DNA of 14,242 nucleotides, from positions 1-14,242 of the forward strand of contig JANRKS010000039.1 of assembly GCA_033763315.1 (NCBI GenBank), read 5' to 3'. Every line of letters starts with the position of its first letter. Within the stretch, counting starts at the first letter, position 1. The notes beneath the pieces are model-generated. The model searched no databases, had not been told where the DNA came from, and was given only the letters and a program-made list of their open reading frames with translations. This stretch comes from Deltaproteobacteria bacterium (GTDB lineage Bacteria > Myxococcota_A > Polyangia > Fen-1088). Position numbers and translations under genes: made by a program. Positions 7,900-14,242 of the stretch are shown in pieces.

Positions 7900-8628
7900 T
7901 TAAGCAGACGAATTGTTTGATTTTAATTCAGCGTCCAAAAGGTCAATCGCGCGGGCGGCGGCTGCCTGCTGCGCGGCTTTTTTCGACCTGCCAGAGGCGC
8001 GAGCGTATTCGCGCTCCCCGATGAACACGGCCACCTCAAACGTGGTCTCATGCTCGGGCCCTGTTTGTGCCACCACGGTGTATGTGGGCGCGCTCTTGAC
8101 CTGCGCTTGGGATAGCTCCTGCAAGCGAGATTTGAAATCCCGCCCTGCCACGCGCTGGGCGTCGAGCAAGCGTTCCGAGAACAAGGTCTGCACAGTTTGG
8201 TAAGCGGCCTCGAAGCCCGCGTCCACAAACACGGCGCCGATCAGCGCCTCCAAACTGTCAGCGAGGATTGAAGGCTTGGCTCGGCCCCCGGCTTGTTCTT
8301 CACCCCGGCCCAAAAAGATCCACTGGCCCAGCGCCAAGCTCTCCGCAACCCGCGCCAGGCCATCTTCGTTCACAACCGCCGCGCGCGTCTTCGATAGATC
8401 GCCTTCGGGGCTATCGGGATAGCGCTTCATCAATAAGTCGCTGATCACCAGCGCCAACACGGAATCGCCCAAAAACTCAAACCGCTCGTTGTGGGCGCGC
8501 CCGCCCTCTTGATTCTCGTTCACCCACGATTTGTGGGTCAAAGCTTGCTCACATAACCGCGGGTCGCGGAACTGGTGTGCCAGCCGCTCCTCAAGGGCGG
8601 CGTAGGCTGACGCGTCGCTTTCAGACAT
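7900..8628 (-). CDS. rnc: Ribonuclease III
   Basis: ALTHKS, signature NERFEFLGDSVL, LADSLEALIGAVFVD, dsRBD DFKSRLQE..GRSKKAAQQAAA. ATG at 8628 gives 242 aa. Confidence 0.97.
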   Translation of the reverse strand: MSESDASAYAALEERLAHQFRDPRLCEQALTHKSWVNENQEGGRAHNERFEFLGDSVLALVISDLLMKRYPDSPEGDLSKTRAAVVNEDGLARVAESLALGQWIFLGRGEEQAGGRAKPSILADSLEALIGAVFVDAGFEAAYQTVQTLFSERLLDAQRVAGRDFKSRLQELSQAQVKSAPTYTVVAQTGPEHETTFEVAVFIGEREYARASGRSKKAAQQAAAARAIDLLDAELKSNNSSA

Positions 8629-8766
8629 AAGGGACACCGAGTATAGCCACAGCAACGCCGCTCGTCGGGAGCTGATGTGATTTATACAGGGGCGCGGCCT
8701 TGCACCCAATCGGGCGTTAGAAACAGCGTCTGTGCGCGAAGCTGACGTCTGCTAGCCTGCGCCGCG

Positions 8767-9441
8767 GTGAGGACCCTTCTCGTTGTCGTTGCCCTCATCG
8801 TTTCCGCTGTCGTTGTAGCGCCGGCCGCCCAGGCACGCACCACTTCTGATCACCAGCTGTGGGCAAGCACAACTGTTCTGACTCGCCCGCTCACGTCTTT
8901 GCGGCTGCTGGGTTGGCTTGACCTTCACGATCGAAAGCGCGAGGACTCCACGCTCCTCATCCTGCGGCCGGCCGTTGGCCATCAGCTGATGGACCGGTTG
9001 GCTGTGTACGCAGGCTACGCGTGGCTTGCCACATACGCAGACGAGGGCGCCAATCGTCACGAGCACCGGACATGGCAACAGCTGGTGTGGAACGCGCCCG
9101 TACCCCAAGGGTGGGCCTTGTCCTTACGACCTAGACTTGAGCAGCGCTTCGCTCAAGGAGGAAACGACACCGGCCACCGAGTGCGCGTATCGGCCCGCGG
9201 GGCCTACGCGCCACATCCTGCAGTCATGATTGTCGCCTGGGACGAGTTCTTCTATCAAATCAACAACACCGACTGGGGAGCCTCCTCTGGCTTCGATCAG
9301 AACCGAGCCTTTTTAGGGCTGGGCCTACCAACCACAAGCACCGCGCGCGTTGAGGTGGGGTATTTGAACGTGTTTCTCAAGCGCTCACCCGACAATCATC
9401 TTGACCACAACCTTGCGATCAACTTGTTCTGGACACACTAA
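8767..9441 (+). CDS. DUF2490 family putative outer-membrane beta-barrel protein
   Basis: Signal peptide, then LILRPAVG, EHRTWQQL, RPRLEQRF, WDEFF..FDQNRAFLGLG and VEVGYLN. Confidence 0.88.
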   Translation: MRTLLVVVALIVSAVVVAPAAQARTTSDHQLWASTTVLTRPLTSLRLLGWLDLHDRKREDSTLLILRPAVGHQLMDRLAVYAGYAWLATYADEGANRHEHRTWQQLVWNAPVPQGWALSLRPRLEQRFAQGGNDTGHRVRVSARGAYAPHPAVMIVAWDEFFYQINNTDWGASSGFDQNRAFLGLGLPTTSTARVEVGYLNVFLKRSPDNHLDHNLAINLFWTH

Positions 9442-9491
9442 CCGCGGCGGGGCTCGCGAAACGGTAAAGCGCCGAAGCGAAAGGACGAACG

Positions 9492-9926
9492 ATGAAAGTT
9501 ATGGTGATCGTAAGGGCAACGAAAAACAGTGAAGCCGGCGTCATGCCAAGTGAAGAACTTATGACGGCGATGGGCCAATACAACGAGGAGTTGATCAAAG
9601 CCGGCGTCATGTTAAGCGGCGAAGGTTTGCATCCAAGCGCGGGTGGCAAGCGCATTCGGTTTGCGGGCGGTGGAACCAGCGTCATCGATGGCCCCTTCGC
9701 AGAGACGAAGGAACTTATCGCTGGGTTCTGGGTGTGGCAGGTATCATCAATGGAAGAAGCCGTGGCCTGGGCACGCCGCTGCCCTCCCCCCATGCCTGGC
9801 GAAGAATCCGAGCTCGAAATTCGCCAAGTCTTTTCCGCCGAAGATTTCGGCGAAGCCTTGACGCCAGAGCTTCGCGCACAAGAAGATCGCTTGCGCGAGG
9901 AATTGGAACGTCAGAGGAAGGGGTGA
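9492..9926 (+). CDS. YciI/DGPFAETKE family protein
   Basis: SEAGVMP, GEGLHPS, DGPFAETKELIAGFW and EIRQVF motifs. RBS AAGGA. Confidence 0.95.
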   Translation: MKVMVIVRATKNSEAGVMPSEELMTAMGQYNEELIKAGVMLSGEGLHPSAGGKRIRFAGGGTSVIDGPFAETKELIAGFWVWQVSSMEEAVAWARRCPPPMPGEESELEIRQVFSAEDFGEALTPELRAQEDRLREELERQRKG

Positions 9927-10153
9927 CGCCCTCCGCATCCAGACCCAAAACGCAGGTGGCCTTGGTCCTTCGCTGCAGTTGCTGCAGCGTCGTGGTTGCC
10001 ATTTGACCCGCCCAAGCATCGCCGTCGCAGAGACTATCCACCACAGGTGGCAGATCAAGTCGTAGCTACTAGAAGCGGCGCCGTTCGGAATAAGATGCGA
10101 CAGGATGCCGCCGGCGACGTCAGCGGAGGTGCGATTCGTTTCAAACCTCCGTC

Positions 10154-10759
10154 ATGAAGAACATCCATAAGTACCTGTTGGCTATCGCCCTGCTCTTGCC
10201 AAAGTTGGCATTTGCCGCTGAGGGTGCACCCACGCACGCTCAGTCACCAGCGGCTTCTCTTCGGCCCGGGACCGTTGCCGAACAGCCGCAGCTCCTTAAG
10301 CCCCCAGGCCACGCAGGGTACGTACATGAGTTGTTTTTGGTGGATTTAGCCGCCGTCAGCGTTTTTGTCTTGGGTGTGAACCTCGAGAGCCCCCCCTTGG
10401 CATTTGCAGGGCTCGGCACCTACGCCTTGGGGTCGCCCTTCGTGCATAGCGCTGTCCATCACCGCACGGCGAGCGTCTGGGGATCAAGCCTGCTGATGAG
10501 GACCACCTTTCCTATCGCTGGCGCGTTTATTGGCTACAAACTCGACGTGCTGGACTGTTCACATCAGTTTTGGTGCGGCCTCGAAGGCGCTGCGATGGGA
10601 TTCGTCGCGGGCAGCGTAACTGCCATCATCATCGACTACGCCAAGTTCGGGTCCGACCACAACGACGACACCGTCCGAAAACCGCCGGCCTTCGCGGCGA
10701 CGTTGGTGCCGGTGCCGGTTCGCGGCGGTCTGAGCTTGGCCTTAGGGGGGCGGTTTTAA
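10154..10759 (+). CDS. Hypothetical exported/membrane protein
   Basis: Signal peptide, several Gly-rich hydrophobic segments, C-terminal strand ending GGRF. Confidence 0.75.
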   Translation: MKNIHKYLLAIALLLPKLAFAAEGAPTHAQSPAASLRPGTVAEQPQLLKPPGHAGYVHELFLVDLAAVSVFVLGVNLESPPLAFAGLGTYALGSPFVHSAVHHRTASVWGSSLLMRTTFPIAGAFIGYKLDVLDCSHQFWCGLEGAAMGFVAGSVTAIIIDYAKFGSDHNDDTVRKPPAFAATLVPVPVRGGLSLALGGRF

Positions 10760-10789
10760 GACTCCTTCGCCACGCCAACGAGCGACAGC

Positions 10790-11275
10790 TCAGGTCAATA
10801 GATCAGGGATGGTGCCGGTTTCGTTTGTGGTGCCGAACGAATTGATGGGAACCCCGCGCTTGTTCGTATCTGCAAACAGCGGTTCAACCAGCACCCTAAA
10901 GAGCGCTTCGGCCTTCTCCACGCCTGCCTCAGAGAGGCCTGTGGTGCTAGCGCCGACGTTTGCATAGCGCGCCACGATGCTGTCGGGCTGCAGCTGCCCG
11001 TCCTCAGGAAGCGCCATGCCCAAAAGATCTTGGATCGTGTTGGCGAATTCCACCTGCGTGAGGCGGCGCAGCGACTGAGGGGGCGGCTCAAAGCTGGGCG
11101 GTGGCGGCGGCTCCATACCTGCTTCGTTGGACGCTGGCGGTTGCAGTCCATCCGTGTCTTCGTCGCCGTCCGCGGCCCCTATCCCGCCGGTGCAGGCGGC
11201 CAACAATGGCACCACGCAAAGCGCCCGGATGAGATCGCCACGCAAGAGTGAACCCAAACAACTGCGGTCCGTCAT
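10790..11275 (-). pseudogene. Truncated DUF1587/DUF1592-family lipoprotein, apparently fused to a DUF1552-like C-terminus
   Basis: RBS AAGGAG, lipobox LAAC and DUF1587 motif LRRLTQVEFANTIQDLLG. Only 161 aa. Ends GVPINSFGTTNETGTIPDLLT. Confidence 0.7.
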
Positions 11276-11491
11276 GCAAACTCCTTATGTTCGCGGTGGT
11301 CGGTGAAGTCTGGCCACGCGCTAAGCTCGCCCCCGACGGGCCAAGCTCCTGACTAAGAATGTCGCCACACCACCTACGGGGCGCGAAAACGTCGTCGCCT
11401 GTTGCCGGCGATTAACCATCGTTAAGTCACGACACATTGCATGGGCCGGCTTGCGACCATGTACGATGAAACTGGGCGCCTCTTCAAACAG

Positions 11492-11635
11492 CTAAGCAGC
11501 CTGTTTCAGGTTCTCTCGAATGATCCGCGGATGACGGGCTGCAATTCGCAGGAGACCGATCCCAGGTCCCTCCGGTTTTCTTCGACCATATTCCCAGTTC
11601 CGGAGGGTGTGCACGCTGATTGCCAACGACCCCAT
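11492..11635 (-). pseudogene. 5'-truncated Xre-HTH antitoxin paralog
   Basis: Not in the ORF track. Translates MGSLAISVHTLRNWEYGRRKPEGPGIGLLRIAARHPRIIRENLKQAA*. The last 43 aa match ORF 13758-14048 at 39 positions. Confidence 0.88.
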
Positions 11636-11670
11636 AGTGCTCGCATCCCATTGGGCTGGCTAGGTTCTCA

Positions 11671-12171
11671 TCAGCGCCCGCGGGCTTTGGCAAGTTCAAC
11701 GCTGGGTTGGGCGGCCTCCGCAGGTTGTAGGCCGTGCTCCTCGAGCCAACGACGCGCGAGGGCCCCAAGTTCCTGGCGCTTGAAGGTGAACCACGCATCC
11801 TCGATGCCAAGACGCCGAATGGTTCGCTTGAAGTTTCGGAACGCTCCACTCCCTCGGATCGCCTCGCGCACCTCGGTCTGCTGCTGGCGCGGCAACGACC
11901 CGCCGAACCGATCCATGATGTCCCACTCGTGGATGTCGAGCTTGGAAGGCAATTCGAGCCAGTCTTTCGACTGCAGCACCTCTCTGGCTGAGGCCACTGC
12001 GTCCTGCTGCCACTTGGGCATGTCTGGATCAGCCTCCTCCTCTGCGAATAGGAGTTCTTGATGCATCACGGTTCGCACTTCGCCCGTCAAGCGATTAACG
12101 TAGCCAGACATTTCGTTCGACGCAGCGTCGAGCGCATCCACCATATCCGCGATTGAAACTTCTGCTCCCAT
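11671..12171 (-). CDS. UPF0158 family protein (cassette gene)
   Basis: YVNRLTGEV, WLELPSKLDIHEWDIMDRF, AIRGSGAFRNFK and WLEEHGL. ATG is ~20 nt after the attC R' site, with RBS AAGGGA. Confidence 0.9.
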   Translation of the reverse strand: MGAEVSIADMVDALDAASNEMSGYVNRLTGEVRTVMHQELLFAEEEADPDMPKWQQDAVASAREVLQSKDWLELPSKLDIHEWDIMDRFGGSLPRQQQTEVREAIRGSGAFRNFKRTIRRLGIEDAWFTFKRQELGALARRWLEEHGLQPAEAAQPSVELAKARGR

Positions 12172-12190
12172 ACAGATGTCCCTTTGTCCG

Positions 12191-12323
12191 CCCCAACGTG
12201 ATGACGTTAAGCTGCGAAGCCTTCGTTGAAGTGCACGACCAGGTGGAGCATGCGCTTCGACAACCTATCTTGGTTTTCCAACGACATCCGGAAAGCTTCG
12301 GCAGCTTCAACGTTTGGTTGGAC
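12191..12323 (-). mobile_element. attC: attC site 1 (133 bp)
   Basis: Minus strand R'' GTCCAAC-CAAAC-L'' GTTGAAGCTGCCGAAGC ... GCTTCGCAGCTTAAC-GTCATCAC-R' GTTGGGG. Two extrahelical bases on the R''/L'' arm. Starts 7 nt after the vapC stop. Confidence 0.9.
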
Positions 12324-12330
12324 GGCCAAA

Positions 12331-12711
12331 TTAAAGTCGATGCGCTCCATCGACTTTCCCCAACTGCTTGTCAAACGTGCCTAGTGGCAGGTGACCGGCC
12401 TTCCGCGCTACCTCAAGAACAAGACAATCTGAGAAGCCAAGCGATGGTTTTTCCTTGAATAGGGCGAGTGCCGAGGACACAACATCCGCGTCCTGGATCA
12501 CGAAGCTCTCATGCTGCAGTAGCATCTCCAGCGCCGCCATGAGCGGCTTGGGTGTCACGTCATACACGCTGGTGAGCACCCAACTCGTCTCAAGCAACAC
12601 CAGATGGGAGATCCAAGCTCCTCCTTGAATGAAATCATCAGCAGAGGTCGTCTGTTTTTCGTCGTCCCTCGTCAGCAGGCGGACCAGGACGTTGGTATCA
12701 ACGGCGCGCAT
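12331..12711 (-). CDS. vapC: PIN-domain toxin (VapC family)
   Basis: MRAVDTNVLVR, VLLETSWVL, GFSDCLVLEVA and GTFDKQL. Start overlaps the antitoxin end. Confidence 0.93.
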   Translation of the reverse strand: MRAVDTNVLVRLLTRDDEKQTTSADDFIQGGAWISHLVLLETSWVLTSVYDVTPKPLMAALEMLLQHESFVIQDADVVSSALALFKEKPSLGFSDCLVLEVARKAGHLPLGTFDKQLGKVDGAHRL

Positions 12712-12958
12712 AGCGAGCCCTGACATTTTTCTTGATCCCTTCCTTGAGTTCCTCCGTGCCTCTCCTCTTCGTGCCGCTCGGAAAAAGCGCCGCGTGGATT
12801 TCTTCCGAACTGTGCTGCCTCACCCGCGTAACGGTGATCTTCCCGTTCTCTTCGTTCCACTCGAGAACTGTTCCAGGTCCGACGCCAAGCACGCGTCTGA
12901 TCTCGGCTGGAACTGAGATCTGACCCTGTGCGGTAACTTTCGACTTTGCGAGCGCCAT
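12698..12958 (-). CDS. vapB: AbrB/MazE/SpoVT-fold antitoxin
   Basis: MALAKSKVTAQGQISVPAEIRRVLGVGPGTVLEW; 86 aa, directly upstream of the PIN gene. Confidence 0.92.
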   Translation of the reverse strand: MALAKSKVTAQGQISVPAEIRRVLGVGPGTVLEWNEENGKITVTRVRQHSSEEIHAALFPSGTKRRGTEELKEGIKKNVRARYARR

Positions 12959-12965
12959 AAAGGAG

Positions 12966-12993
12966 ACATTACCACGGTAATGTACGCGAGCAA
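12966..12993 (-). promoter_or_regulatory. vapBC promoter with overlapping operator
   Basis: TTGCTC-N16-TAATGT with TGn extension. Perfect inverted repeat ACATTACC-N2-GGTAATGT at 12966-12983. ATG is 7 nt after the -10. Confidence 0.8.
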
Positions 12994-13024
12994 GCCTCAT
13001 TCGGGACCGCACGACCGCCAGTCC

Positions 13025-13153
13025 GCCCAACGTGTGAATTTCAGCTGCGGGGCCCAGTGCGCTCCAAGACCGCATCGTCGCTCGCACACCGCTGCCATGT
13101 CTAGGTTCAAATTGGCGTCCGCGGCGCTGTCAGACTTGAACGATGAGTTGGGC
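13025..13153 (-). mobile_element. attC: attC site 2 (129 bp)
   Basis: Minus strand GCCCAAC-TCATC-GTTCAAGTCTGACAGCGCC ... GGCCCCGCAGCTGAAATTCACAC-GTTGGGC. Homologous to sites 3 and 4. Confidence 0.85.
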
Positions 13154-13171
13154 GGCCACCGAGGTGCTCCG

Positions 13172-13200
13172 TGCTAGATTGGGCTCAATCTATCAAGGAG
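13172..13200 (+). promoter_or_regulatory. Extended -10, operator-like inverted repeat and RBS for the inverted cassette gene
   Basis: TGCTAGATT; inverted repeat TAGATTG-GGCT-CAATCTA at 13175-13192; AAGGAG at 13195-13200. Confidence 0.6.
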
Positions 13201-13205
13201 AATGT

Positions 13206-13583
13206 GTGAACTCGGGAACAAGAGAGACACTCCATATTGTCGCGGTTATCGCTCTCGTAATTGCGACAGCAACTTGCGCGCGGACCCTAGAAACGCCGAA
13301 GAATCAGAGGGCAGACCCATGCAGTTCTGTTCCCACGGAGGCGCTGGCTGGGGAGGCTCGAGAGTCGAGTTTCTGCTGCGCCACCTTTGAACGAAGGGAG
13401 TGCGGAAAAGTGTCGGTGGCGAGCGGTGAAGGGTGCCGTGAGACGGAATGGTCACCAACGGCAAAGAATTCCTGTATAGATGGCAATACACTGAAGGACG
13501 GGACTAAAGGTAATGCCTTTGATTGTCGGGGCGAGGCCTTCGATTCCGCTACCGGTGCACTTCGTTGGTGTGTCCTCAGGTGA
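13206..13583 (+). CDS. Cys-rich putative lipoprotein, antisense to the cassette array
   Basis: GTG 5 nt after AAGGAG. Hydrophobic stretch ending ATAT-C, with 8 further Cys. Fills the space between attC2 and attC3. Confidence 0.7.
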   Translation: MNSGTRETLHIVAVIALVIATATCARTLETPKNQRADPCSSVPTEALAGEARESSFCCATFERRECGKVSVASGEGCRETEWSPTAKNSCIDGNTLKDGTKGNAFDCRGEAFDSATGALRWCVLR

Positions 13584-13612
13584 TACTCTCCACCATTCGG
13601 GCTGTCCGGTCC

Positions 13613-13744
13613 GGATAACGTGTGTGGCCTTAAGCTGCAGCGCCCGCTGACGCCACAAGACCAGATAGTCGCTTGCATTCCACTGACTTGTCTAGGTTCA
13701 AAGTAACTTTTGCGGCGCTGTCTGTCTTAAAGGCCCGGTTATCC
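13613..13744 (-). mobile_element. attC: attC site 3 (132 bp)
   Basis: Minus strand GGATAAC-CGGGC-CTTTAAGACAGACAGCGCC ... GGCGCTGCAGCTTAAG-GCCACACAC-GTTATCC. Starts 13 nt after the HTH stop. Confidence 0.85.
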
Positions 13745-13757
13745 AGCGATCAACTGC

Positions 13758-14048
13758 TTACGCCGCCTCTTTAAGATTTTCTCGAATGATTCGAGGATGA
13801 CGAGCCGCGATTCGGAGGAGCCCAAGCGCAGGCCCCTCAGGTTTTCTACGCCCTTGTTCCCAGTTGCGAAGCGTGTGCACGCTGATTGCCATCGCCTGCG
13901 CAAACTGTTCTTGGGTCAGTCCGACGAAACGGCGAAGGGCCGCAACATCATCGCCGGATTCGATTTGACCGTCCATTAGACGCTTGCGAAGGCGCGCAGG
14001 GATGGCGCGCGCCATTTGAGCATCGGTAAGTTCTTCGAGTTTCGTCAT
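13758..14048 (-). CDS. Xre-family HTH putative antitoxin
   Basis: VAALRRFVGLTQEQFAQAMAISVHTLRNWEQGRRKPEGPALGLL; 96 aa. Confidence 0.9.
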   Translation of the reverse strand: MTKLEELTDAQMARAIPARLRKRLMDGQIESGDDVAALRRFVGLTQEQFAQAMAISVHTLRNWEQGRRKPEGPALGLLRIAARHPRIIRENLKEAA

Positions 14049-14101
14049 TTCCGTTTCCCTTCAACGTAGTCTTCGTACATACCTGCTTCTCGCTTCGTCG
14101 C
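14045..14101 (-). pseudogene. C-terminal remnant of a BrnT-like toxin
   Basis: Translates ATKREAGMYEDYVEGKRK*, with an ATGA overlap onto the HTH start. Resembles the BrnT tail (..ISARxATKRExxxYE). Confidence 0.65.
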
Positions 14102-14203
14102 CCCGATGAGGCCCAAAGACCGCATTGTCGCTCGCATTCCACTGCCATGTCTAGGTTCAAAGTGACGCTCGCGGCACTGTCAGACTTGAAGGCCGGGTTG
14201 GGC
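14099..14203 (-). mobile_element. attC: attC site 4, truncated (L' and R' missing)
   Basis: Minus strand GCCCAAC-CCGGC-CTTCAAGTCTGACAGTGCCGC. Aligns with sites 2 and 3 for ~100 bp, and homology stops at CGGGGCG (~14099). Confidence 0.82.
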
Positions 14204-14242
14204 GGCGGCGCTCTGCTTGGCGAATCTAGTTTTTGCGGTGCT

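Noticed and set aside
8629-8709. N-terminal extension of RNase III
   Set aside because: It is not RNase III-like and overlaps a likely -10 (TATACT, 8645-8640).
9927-10150. ECF sigma or VOC partner gene after yciI
   Set aside because: No recognisable coding remnant in the frames examined.
11280-11490. A further attC, attI or sigma54 promoter left of the array
   Set aside because: There is only a short TTAAC-N4-GTTAA repeat (11412-11425) and a GG-N10-GC lacking TTGC. No paired L/R boxes.
11441-12061. 206-aa plus-strand ORF and other long overlapping ORFs (e.g. 1431-2222, 3306-4106)
   Set aside because: They are antisense or off-frame shadows of recognisable genes in high-GC DNA and have no motifs.
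12959-13087. Long 129-aa version of the AbrB antitoxin
   Set aside because: The extension runs through the promoter/operator and attC2. The fold starts at MALAKSKVT.
13143-13205. ATG at 13143 as the lipoprotein start
   Set aside because: It lies inside attC2. GTG at 13206 has an RBS and places the signal peptide at the N-terminus.
13025-14203. Repeats as a CRISPR array
   Set aside because: Units are ~130 bp, degenerate and separated by whole genes, and there are no cas genes. The attC architecture fits better.

Overview
GC-rich bacterial chromosome segment; gene content and promoter style suggest Myxococcota (inference). The left ~9.9 kb looks like core genome. It holds the end of a HEAT-repeat gene, a membrane-bound metallophosphoesterase, a DUF1080 hydrolase, a small gene behind a sigma54-type promoter, a membrane protein, an rpoE(ECF11)-chrR-ferredoxin operon with an autoregulatory promoter, tRNA-Lys and tRNA-Glu, rnc, a DUF2490 gene and a YciI gene. 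The right part (~11.5-14.2 kb) is the distal end of an integron-type cassette array read on the minus strand, with three complete attC sites, one half-deleted site and possibly one collapsed site. No integrase is in the window. The cassettes carry UPF0158, a vapBC toxin-antitoxin pair, an inverted Cys-rich lipoprotein with its own promoter/operator, and an Xre antitoxin whose BrnT-like toxin appears deleted together with half of the adjacent attC. A second, truncated copy of that antitoxin and an apparent DUF1592::DUF1552 deletion fusion suggest the region is decaying. All family calls come from motif recognition, not database searches.
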